Of a DNA stretch of 64,000 nucleotides, positions 56,284-64,000 are shown piece after piece; the stretch's first letter is position 1; each line of letters begins with the position of its first letter. The notes beneath the pieces were generated by a model that did no database searches, was not told where the DNA came from, and saw only the letters and a list, made by a program, of their open reading frames with translations. The stretch is from a virus. The stretch spans positions 1 to 64,000 of IMG/VR virus record IMGVR_UViG_3300025362_000004; one strand, 5' to 3'. The translations under genes were made by a program, and so were the position numbers.

Positions 56284-56521
56284 CTTCTTCTCCTCGTAGC
56301 GAGTCCAAATTTCTTCTTGCTACTTTTACTCTAATCTTATCAACCATTTGGTCAATGATTTGATGTTGATATTTCTTTGGATAGCCTGTATATGTTTTAG
56401 TCACATAATGCAAGCAATCAATATAAATATCCCAATACTGTTCTTCACACATTTTTACACCATATTGAACTAAATCTAACTGTTCAATAAATTGTTTATC
56501 ATACTCATTCAACGGTATCAT
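56273..56521 (-). CDS. hypothetical protein
   Basis: Coupled ORF. Confidence 0.55.
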   Translation of the reverse strand: MIPLNEYDKQFIEQLDLVQYGVKMCEEQYWDIYIDCLHYVTKTYTGYPKKYQHQIIDQMVDKIRVKVARRNLDSLRGEEDGE

Positions 56522-57039
56522 TATTCTTCATCATCTTCTTTTTCTTCTGCTTCTTGTTCTTTTTGAAGATAGCGTTCTATTTTCTTCTCTTTAACTCTTT
56601 TCTTCTCTGCTCTAGCTTCTGCATCTCGTTTAATTTTTCTATCACGTTCTGCGGCTTTAGAGCGAGCTTTTTCTTCATCTTGCTCTTTCTTAAAAGCATA
56701 TTCTCTTTGTTGCTCTGACGCATCATAATCAAGATTTTTAATCTTTAATCCAATTTCTAATGAAATCATACCATTACATAAATCATCTTCATCTTTAGTT
56801 ATAACTTGTCTTTCAACTTTTTCATTATGGATTTCTAAAATCGGTCCATCCTTTGTAATGTAGACTTCAACACCCATTTCTTCTCCCAGTTCCTTTAAAC
56901 CTTCAAATAAGGCTTCAACTAATAAAGCCTTTTCTTGATTTCTTTCGGTTTGTTGAACTGATAAAACTCCTCGACTGGTTCCGACGGCTAAGTCTTTGTC
57001 TTTGAGTTCTTGCACTTTTGTAATAAATGCTTCAAACAT
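56521..57039 (-). CDS. hypothetical protein, paralog of 38325 and 45012
   Basis: GPILEIHN...ISLEIGLKIKNLDYD followed by a charged coiled coil. Confidence 0.7.
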   Translation of the reverse strand: MFEAFITKVQELKDKDLAVGTSRGVLSVQQTERNQEKALLVEALFEGLKELGEEMGVEVYITKDGPILEIHNEKVERQVITKDEDDLCNGMISLEIGLKIKNLDYDASEQQREYAFKKEQDEEKARSKAAERDRKIKRDAEARAEKKRVKEKKIERYLQKEQEAEEKEDDEE

Positions 57040-57204
57040 CTTATCAATCTCCTTTTAAAGTATATCTTTCACCTTATATAATAATTATATCATAGATTAA
57101 GTAAAATTGCAAATCTAAATTTAAGAAATATTTCAATTTGGAATTTTTTTTGTTGAAAAAAGGACATTATTATCAATGTCCTTTTTTTGATAAAATCTTA
57201 ATAA

Positions 57205-57477
57205 TTACTCTGCGTCTTCACTATAAAGAGCGCCTGCTTCAGTTAGAGTATACACATTTCTTTTAGATTTGTGGTTGCATGTTGGACATACGAACTCTGT
57301 CATTTCTGCACTAATTAATTGACGTCTTTTTAGTTGAGTCATGTTCGCACTAGCGACTGCTTCTTCTAAACCTTCGTTTAATTCAGCAAGTGTAACTCCA
57401 CCCTCAACGTTTCTCATAGCATTTAATGCATCCCATGATTTTTCAGTTAAGTTAGTTAATTTAGCTTCTGTTGGCAT
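57205..57477 (-). CDS. winged-helix-like protein with CPTC knuckle, paralog of 37521 and 45970
   Basis: LTEKSWDALNAM...VTLAEL...MTQLKRRQLI...YTLTEAG. Confidence 0.7.
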   Translation of the reverse strand: MPTEAKLTNLTEKSWDALNAMRNVEGGVTLAELNEGLEEAVASANMTQLKRRQLISAEMTEFVCPTCNHKSKRNVYTLTEAGALYSEDAE

Positions 57478-57601
57478 TTGTAGTTCCTCCTTTTTCTTTG
57501 TCGATAAAATAGTTTATTTTTATTTTATCTTTATATCTATATTATATCATAACTTTAACAAAAGTCAATTTTAAGATATAATAAAATAACCATTTTTTAG
57601 A

Positions 57602-57934
57602 CTATCCGCAGATGAAATATACGCCATCACCAAGTATAGAATTTATAAGATATAATCGACCACGTATTTCATAAAGTTCTACTAAAAATTCCTTAGTTTC
57701 TACATAATCTATTTCATCAAAGTCTCTTTTAATAAGCATAGCATTTATTCTATTTTCAGTTTTTCTAATATATTCACTCACATCTTCGATTGCTAAACTT
57801 ATATCTTCTAACTCTGTATCTTGGTTATAGGCAATACTATAATTTTCAAGTATATATTGAACTGTGTCTGTATTCCTTGACATAGAAAATATTGTTTCAC
57901 CTGTTTTTGTTTTAAACGTTAAATATGCACTCAT
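57602..57934 (-). CDS. hypothetical protein
   Basis: Own promoter and AGGAG RBS. Confidence 0.6.
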   Translation of the reverse strand: MSAYLTFKTKTGETIFSMSRNTDTVQYILENYSIAYNQDTELEDISLAIEDVSEYIRKTENRINAMLIKRDFDEIDYVETKEFLVELYEIRGRLYLINSILGDGVYFICG

Positions 57935-58156
57935 TTTTCATCACTCCTTTTACTTTTATACTTTATTATATCATAATCTAAATAAAATTACAAATCTGGT
58001 TGTGTTATTTCAGAAGAAAAAGAAAAGTTTAGTTACACCGAGCGGCGACTTGGCTTCAATAAAGGCTTTAACTCTCCTAAAAATTTGGAGTATAGACTTG
58101 ATTTATTTTATAGGTTATGATATAATTATATTATAAAGATAAGAAAAGGAGTTACT

Positions 58157-58534
58157 ATGAATTATTTTCACGTCGATAAAACAGATAATAAATGGGGTCC
58201 AAGATGTAACTGCCTTGGATATGCTTTGAACACTAAAGAATGGGTTTGTTTTGACCGTTTTAATCAAAGTTGCTATGAAGAATTAGTTTCTGATTTAGAA
58301 GCAGATTTTGAATGGACTCGTATATCTAAAAAAGACATGATTTTAGGCAAAGATTATGTAGCATTAAGATTTGCTGGAAATGACTATCATTTTATGTGGC
58401 GTGGTAAAAAAGGACACTGGAGACATAAGATGGGTAGACAACCAGTTGAAGCAATTTCACAAAAAGAAGTATTTAGTAGGTATTGGTATGGAGATTATTT
58501 TGGAACTATCTTCTTATTTGAAGTAAAAAGATAA
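58157..58534 (+). CDS. papain-like Cys-His fold protein (putative amidase/peptidase)
   Basis: NCLGYAL...DYHF...WRHKMG. Confidence 0.55.
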   Translation: MNYFHVDKTDNKWGPRCNCLGYALNTKEWVCFDRFNQSCYEELVSDLEADFEWTRISKKDMILGKDYVALRFAGNDYHFMWRGKKGHWRHKMGRQPVEAISQKEVFSRYWYGDYFGTIFLFEVKR

Positions 58535-58770
58535 AGCGCCGAGGAGTGACAGGCGGGTATAAAAGGTCAAAGTTGGGTAGGGTTATTGATGTGCTGGCAT
58601 AGTAAAGGGGATATAGCAGTATTTTATGTTTAAATCCGAATCGTTGTCGAACAAATCATAAACCAAACGGAGAGTAGAAATACTCTCCACATTTTTATAG
58701 TGATTTAGATTTGATTTTTTTATTAGATTATGTTATAATTATATTATAAGAGATAGAAAAGGAGTTAAAA

Positions 58771-59487
58771 ATGAGAGATTATTCAACATACTTCAATTTA
58801 ATGAGTGCTAACTTAAAAGAGAAAGCCGACTTTATAATCAAAGAGTTAGATAACGAACGCTATGATATAGTTTATGACTTTGGTTGTGCTAATGGCGATT
58901 TAACAAGATTATTAGCAGAGCAATTTCCTAATATTAAGTTTATTGGTATTGAGGTAAATGAAGAAGTTCGTAAAATAAATCAAAAAGAAAACATTTTTAA
59001 CAATATATATTACAACAGGAATATGAGTGAATTTACAAAAAATACTATGGTAATTTTTTCAAGTGTATTACATGAAATATTTAGTTTTATGGAAGAAAAT
59101 GAGATTATAAAATTACTTAATCAATGTAGACAAGCAAAATCTATTTTAATTAGAGATATGCTTTTTACTGATACTGAACTAATTAACTCATATGAAACAA
59201 ATGAACATGAAAACTATGTAAATCAATTTTTTAATGGATTAAAGCAAACAAATCAAACTTTTGCTCATTTCTTGATGAAAGTTAGATATAAAATTAATTG
59301 GTTTGAAGAATTAAAAGAAGATTATTTTGCAACAGATTGGGATTTAATACTTGATATGTTTAAAAATGATTATACCATCAAAGAACATAATTATTATATA
59401 AATGAATATCTTGCAAAGGAAATTCCTGATTTAGAAAAATATACAAAAACGACACATATAAAATTATTGTTGAGGAGGAAAGATTAA
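58771..59487 (+). CDS. class I SAM-dependent methyltransferase
   Basis: VYDFGCANG, GIE, FSSVLHE and IRD motifs. Confidence 0.8.
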   Translation: MRDYSTYFNLMSANLKEKADFIIKELDNERYDIVYDFGCANGDLTRLLAEQFPNIKFIGIEVNEEVRKINQKENIFNNIYYNRNMSEFTKNTMVIFSSVLHEIFSFMEENEIIKLLNQCRQAKSILIRDMLFTDTELINSYETNEHENYVNQFFNGLKQTNQTFAHFLMKVRYKINWFEELKEDYFATDWDLILDMFKNDYTIKEHNYYINEYLAKEIPDLEKYTKTTHIKLLLRRKD

Positions 59488-59709
59488 TGGCTATAGTTAA
59501 TTCAAAAGGTAAAATAAAAGCATTACCAGTTCTTTCAGTAGAACAAAAAAATAGAGTTTTAGAAGTTAGAGGCAAATGCTGGGACAAGCCTGTATCAATG
59601 TGGAAGAAAATGCACTTTGATAAGAGTAAAATATCTTTTGTAGGCAAGAGATAAAAAACTACTAATGTAGATTTGATTTTTATATCAGTTTATGATATAA
59701 TTATATTAT

Positions 59710-60612
59710 AAAGATAAGAAATAAATATTTTTATCTTCGGTTGAGATACCCTACGGCACAGGTCGTTAAAAGAGGCGTGTTATCCGCCATACGGCACAGG
59801 TCGTTAAAAGGAACTAAGGCGAGCCATACCCGCGTGTGGTGTAACTCCACCAAATATGGTTTCTCCATGGTAATCGCCGCCTTATGAAAATGATATTTAA
59901 GTAATAAAGATACGGGTTTATACATTCTCCCAGCGATAAAAAATGTTTTGCGTTAAACTCTTATACAGAAAAGGGTGGGCTTAAAGGCGGGTCAGCATAA
60001 TGGTCTGGGCGTGTGGCGTCAGTAAAAATCCATGTGGCAGTTGTGGCTATGTCAATAGAAAATGTCATAAGTAGTAATACTTTCATTCGAAAGACGTAAA
60101 AATTATAGTGTTACGCAAAATTAGTAGAGAACACTTAAAATAAACGATACTGACATGATTATATGTTAAATAACACAGTTCAACAGGTTAGATTCAAACC
60201 GTCGCTGAGAGTAAGAGTCGTGTCTAAGGAAGCACTCTACCTCGCTTGAAGATTAAACACTAGCGAGTAAGAAATAAGAAAAGCGCTTTGGCGAAAATCC
60301 AAATGAGTCAACATAGAGGTGTTGGCCTAGAGCAAACTAGGTAGGGAAAACAACGCTGAGAGTTAGAGTTGCGTGTATTGATTAACCACTTTACTTTAAA
60401 CACTCTACCGTAAGGTCTGGAAGCTGTTACCTTATGAGCAACTATATTAAAAACAGCGTATTATTTAATTGCCTGTCGAGGAAAAGTAATATTAAACTAT
60501 ATGAGAATGACGACACGAATAAAATCCTTTCCAAAGGACTGCCCGCGATAAAGTGAACGGCGCAACGGCATGCGAAAGAAGACATCAAGGTTGGAAACTT
60601 GGTGTTTTTTTT
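59710..60612 (+). ncRNA. candidate large structured ncRNA (about 900 nt)
   Basis: Promoter at about 59668-59701; terminator ACATCAAG/CTTGGTGT plus T run; no plus-strand ORF; GC-richer than flanks; 21-nt direct repeat near the 5' end. Confidence 0.55.
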
Positions 60613-60709
60613 TATGAGTTTTTGGAATATAAGATTTGCTTTTTTTTTAAATCTATGATATAATAAAGTATAAAGATAAAAATATACTATTTTTGTGAGG
60701 TGTTGAAAT

Positions 60710-61093
60710 ATGAATAAACGATATACATTATTCCTTGCTATGGCGGGGACATATGACCCAAACTTAATAACAAGCAATTTAGTGCCTGTGGAATATGATT
60801 TCACAAAAATAAAACGGTCTTATCGTAAAGTGAAAAAAATATTGAAATATAATAATGTTGTAATAGAAATTCACGATAGACTGTTAGGTTTTAAAATTCC
60901 ATATATTTTAGTAATACCTGCAAAAGGAGTAGATAATACTCTATGGTATATGGAAAGAGGTTGGGTAGAAATAGATAAAAAATATGCTTATTTTAATAAG
61001 CGAAAAGAATTGAAAAGAAAAGTACCAAGAGAACATATAATACAATTAGACAATAAAGAATTATTAAATGAATATTTAGAAGGGAATGATTAA
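60710..61093 (+). CDS. hypothetical protein
   Basis: Promoter and GAGGTG RBS. Confidence 0.6.
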   Translation: MNKRYTLFLAMAGTYDPNLITSNLVPVEYDFTKIKRSYRKVKKILKYNNVVIEIHDRLLGFKIPYILVIPAKGVDNTLWYMERGWVEIDKKYAYFNKRKELKRKVPREHIIQLDNKELLNEYLEGND

Positions 61094-61095
61094 AA

Positions 61096-61362
61096 TTGGC
61101 AACTAAATTCAAAGAACTAATGAAATTAAAAGGTTATACACAAACACAACTAAGCAAAATTAGTGGTGTTGCTCAATCCAATTTGAGTATTTATTGTAAT
61201 CACAGAGAAACACTAGAGGTATCAACAATGGTTACTCGAGCAAGATTGGCAGGCGCTTTTAGTATGACAGTAAAAGAATTTGAAGAATATTTAGATTTAG
61301 AACCTGCAACACTAATCGCATCAAATAAACAAACAGGCAACTTTACATTACACAAAAACTAA
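61096..61362 (+). CDS. XRE-family helix-turn-helix protein
   Basis: KGYTQTQLSKISGVAQSNLSIY. Confidence 0.75.
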   Translation: MATKFKELMKLKGYTQTQLSKISGVAQSNLSIYCNHRETLEVSTMVTRARLAGAFSMTVKEFEEYLDLEPATLIASNKQTGNFTLHKN

Positions 61363-61374
61363 GAGGTGAAATAA

Positions 61375-61650
61375 ATGCCATTAACAACTACAAAGATTTT
61401 TGATTATCTCAACAAAAATGAATTAGCACACCAAGTACACATAAGAAACGATGAGATAATTTTTTATCATTGGAATAGGAATATGACAGATTTAATTAAA
61501 TCTGTTGTTTTGCACAATGACAAAATAGAACAAGTATATTATTCAAGGAACATAATTCCCATGTTATATACTTTTATGAATAGTGGAATAGTAAATGATT
61601 TTACTGGAGCAGAGAAGTATGTTAGGGATAAAAGAATTTATGCAAGATAA
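61375..61650 (+). CDS. hypothetical protein
   Basis: GAGGTG RBS. Confidence 0.55.
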   Translation: MPLTTTKIFDYLNKNELAHQVHIRNDEIIFYHWNRNMTDLIKSVVLHNDKIEQVYYSRNIIPMLYTFMNSGIVNDFTGAEKYVRDKRIYAR

Positions 61651-62083
61651 AGAACAACTTGTGTGTGCTATAAAATATTTATTAGATGTTGGACTACCTG
61701 AGAAATTAGTAGTTCTTGTTACTCAAGCAAAACAACCATACGTTAATAAAATTAAAAATGGTAAATTACATAGAAATACAAAAATAGAAGAAGGTTTTAA
61801 ACTAAATTCTGAGCAACAAAATAAATATGAAATCGTTAAAAAGATATTATTTATGCCTGAATTACCTACATCAGGTATAGGAGAGCAAGATGTTATTTAT
61901 ATGCAATTATTAAAGTTTTTTATGATACCGAAAGACAAAATAATTGAACTTTATAATAATTTAGCAAAAGTTAAAGTTAGTAGGTTATTATTAAAAAAGA
62001 AAATTGACTTAGGAAACTTTGATTCAGAATTAATTGGAGTAGATAAAAAAGAATATCTGGAATTAATGATAGAATTTCTGTAG
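61640..62083 (+). CDS. hypothetical protein with HTH-like N-terminus
   Basis: QPYVNKIKNGK resembles an HTH segment. Confidence 0.5.
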   Translation: MQDKEQLVCAIKYLLDVGLPEKLVVLVTQAKQPYVNKIKNGKLHRNTKIEEGFKLNSEQQNKYEIVKKILFMPELPTSGIGEQDVIYMQLLKFFMIPKDKIIELYNNLAKVKVSRLLLKKKIDLGNFDSELIGVDKKEYLELMIEFL

Positions 62084-62348
62084 TGTAGATTTGATTTTTT
62101 TGTGAGTTTATGATATACTATATATAGAAAGATAGAAAAGACTATCTTATTAAAAGAGGTGAAATGCATGAAAAAAGTAATACGATTATTTAGTTATAAT
62201 ATTAGAACAGTTGGGCAAAACCCTAGTTTTTCAGCGCACCTTGATTATATGAGACAAATTTCTGTGAGTAGATACTAACACGACCATAATAGGTCTATTA
62301 GTCCACAGAGATGTGGACTTTTTTTATTAAAGAGAAGGAGAGGATAAT

Positions 62349-63113
62349 ATGAATAAATATTTTGTATTTGGTGATTCACACGGGCATTATGAAGCACTAA
62401 TTTCAAGCCTCGAAGCCGCAGGTTTCGATATAGATAACCCTAATCACATGATAATTGGTTGTGGAGATTACTTTGACAGAGGAGATAGAAACGCACAGAT
62501 ATATAATTTTCTTACTTCTGAAAAACTGATTGGAAGGGTATATCTTGTATATGGCAACCATGACGCAATGCTAAAAGATTTCTTAAGCAAACAAAATGAT
62601 GGCGTATTTAATGCGACATATAATGGCTTAAATAAAACTATTGGAAATTTTGCACAAGTAAGTTGTAATTCAAATATGTTGATGTATGATGGCGATTTTT
62701 ATATTAGTAAAATTAAACAAAATTATCCAAATCTAATGAAGTTCTTACAATCAATGGAAGATAGTTTTACATTAGATGAATACATATTTACTCACGCGGG
62801 ATTAAAGTATGAAAATATGTATGATACTTGGGCTAAACCAATTTGGGTAGTAGACCATTGGGCTAATACACCAACATTTGTAAATGAGTTTAAATCAGTT
62901 GGTAATTATTTAACTGAAGGAAAGAAATTTGTATTTGGACATTGGCATGCTAGAAGATTAAGAAGTGATTTCGGATTAGAACCAAGTAACGAGACATTTA
63001 AGTATAAAAACTTTATTGGATTAGATGCTTGCACTAACGCAAGTGGTTTCGTAAATGTTTTAGTAATTGAAAGCGATAATTTACCTCAAGTTAATAAAAA
63101 TTTGGAATATTAG
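62349..63113 (+). CDS. calcineurin-like metallophosphoesterase
   Basis: GDSHG, GDYFDRG, GNHD, THAG and FGHWH motifs. Confidence 0.88.
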   Translation: MNKYFVFGDSHGHYEALISSLEAAGFDIDNPNHMIIGCGDYFDRGDRNAQIYNFLTSEKLIGRVYLVYGNHDAMLKDFLSKQNDGVFNATYNGLNKTIGNFAQVSCNSNMLMYDGDFYISKIKQNYPNLMKFLQSMEDSFTLDEYIFTHAGLKYENMYDTWAKPIWVVDHWANTPTFVNEFKSVGNYLTEGKKFVFGHWHARRLRSDFGLEPSNETFKYKNFIGLDACTNASGFVNVLVIESDNLPQVNKNLEY

Positions 63114-63315
63114 ATTTGAAATTTTAGTTAGATTATGGTATAATAAAGTATAAAAATAAAGATATAAATATAGATATATGGGAAATGAACTCCCAGTCGT
63201 GCACAGACAAACTGTTCAAGGTACGTAGTCGTTCGGACCGCCAAAAGGTAAGTGAGACAAAGGTGTAGTGGGAGCTACCGATTGGATACCTAGAAACTAA
63301 AGTTCAATCGTATAT

Positions 63316-63394
63316 TGGGATGTGGGCTAATTTGGTAAGCCACCTGCTTTGGGAGCAGGGCATCGTGAGAGTTCAAGTCTCTTCATCCCAACCA
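63316..63394 (+). tRNA. tRNA-Pro(TGG)
   Basis: CCTGC-TTTGGGA-GCAGG arm; CCA end. Confidence 0.88.
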
Positions 63395-63395
63395 T

Positions 63396-63471
63396 GGTGA
63401 TATAGTAGAGTGGTTTAGAATGTCGGTTTGTCGAACCGAAGAACGGGGTTCAATTCCCCGTATCACCGCCA
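63396..63471 (+). tRNA. tRNA-Asp(GTC)
   Basis: TCGGT-TTGTCGA-ACCGA arm; GCCA end. Confidence 0.88.
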
Positions 63472-63484
63472 AAAAAATGAATAT

Positions 63485-63573
63485 GTTGTCTGTGGTGGAA
63501 TGGTAAACACGCTAGGTTGTGGCCCTAGTGCCGATAATTCGGTTTGCGAGTTCAAATCTCGTCAGTCAACCCA
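63485..63573 (+). tRNA. tRNA-His(GTG) with encoded G-1 and a long variable arm
   Basis: CTAGG-TTGTGGC-CCTAG arm; G-1:C73 pair. Confidence 0.75.
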
Positions 63574-63574
63574 T

Positions 63575-63652
63575 TCGAGTGTAGCTTATGTTTGGAAAAG
63601 CACCCACCTTATAAGTGGGAGAGCGTGGGTTCAAACCCCACCACTCGGACCA
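63575..63652 (+). tRNA. tRNA-Ile(TAT)
   Basis: CCCAC-CTTATAA-GTGGG arm; ACCA end. Confidence 0.8.
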
Positions 63653-63656
63653 ATTT

Positions 63657-63730
63657 GGGGATATAGTATAATGGGATTACGGGTGGTTTGCAACCACTTA
63701 ATCGGGGTTCAACTCCCCGTATCTCCACCA
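63657..63730 (+). tRNA. tRNA-Ala(TGC)
   Basis: GGTGG-TTTGCAA-CCACT arm; G3:U70. Confidence 0.85.
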
Positions 63731-63738
63731 AATGAAAT

Positions 63739-63813
63739 GGATTAGTAGCTCAGTGGTAGAGCAAGCGGCTGTTAACCGCTAGGTCGTAGGTTCAAGTCCT
63801 ACTTAGTCCGCCA
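63739..63813 (+). tRNA. tRNA-Asn(GTT)
   Basis: AGCGG-CTGTTAA-CCGCT arm. Confidence 0.92.
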
Positions 63814-63814
63814 T

Positions 63815-63891
63815 GCCGATTTAGTGTTAATGGCTTAACATAAATGCCTTGTAAGCATAAGATATGGGTTCAACTCCTGTAATCGGCACCA
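63815..63891 (+). tRNA. tRNA-Thr(TGT)
   Basis: ATGC-CTTGTAA-GCAT arm; ACCA end. Confidence 0.85.
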
Positions 63892-63892
63892 T

Positions 63893-63966
63893 AGTCCTAT
63901 GGTATAAAGGGAACACACCTGTTTTACAAGCAGGAATTCACGGTTCAAGTCCGTGTGGGACTACCA
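63893..63966 (+). tRNA. tRNA-Val(TAC)
   Basis: CCTGT-TTTACAA-GCAGG arm; ACCA end. Confidence 0.85.
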
Positions 63967-64000
63967 AAAAAAAAAATAACCTAAAACAAAGAGTTTGAAG

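Noticed and set aside
59731-60804. Minus-strand ORFs 59731-59925 and 60442-60804
   Set aside because: They lie antisense to a plus-strand promoter-terminator unit, lack RBSs and have atypical composition.
63428-63745. 105-aa ORF in the tRNA cluster
   Set aside because: It overlaps well-formed tRNA genes and is spurious.

Overview
This window is part of a large, AT-rich tailed-phage genome, probably from a Bacillota-type host (sigmaA-like TTGACA/TGnTATAAT promoters, GAGGTG ribosome-binding sites). Positions 1-29.4 kb on the minus strand are a siphovirus-like morphogenesis block: terminase, portal, protease/scaffold, capsid, neck, two tail tube paralogs, tape measure, distal tail/hub, holin-like and fibre/LamG genes. 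Positions 29.6-32.9 kb on the plus strand carry a membrane-anchored GIY-YIG protein, a SLOG/DprA-like gene and thyX. Across 1-33 kb TGA is read as Trp (ThyX AQ*EIR, GIY-YIG R*KQH, LamG *NHV), so the fragmented ORF track merges into full-length genes. To the right of about 33 kb the genes use only TGG for Trp, which suggests a code-switching phage. The most unusual region is 34.35-44.66 kb. There, 21 copies of a 21-bp palindrome (GGTTGTCT-N5-AGACAACC) delimit 20 self-contained promoter-gene-terminator cassettes, two of them non-coding, in an integron-like layout preceded by six tandem perfect cre/LacI-type operators. Positions 45-64 kb hold small early/middle genes, nine tRNAs including Ile-UAU, a tmRNA reduced to its tRNA-like domain, tRNA-shaped RNAs without proper anticodon loops, and several long ORF-free transcription units. 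All calls are from reading the sequence; no searches or folding were run.
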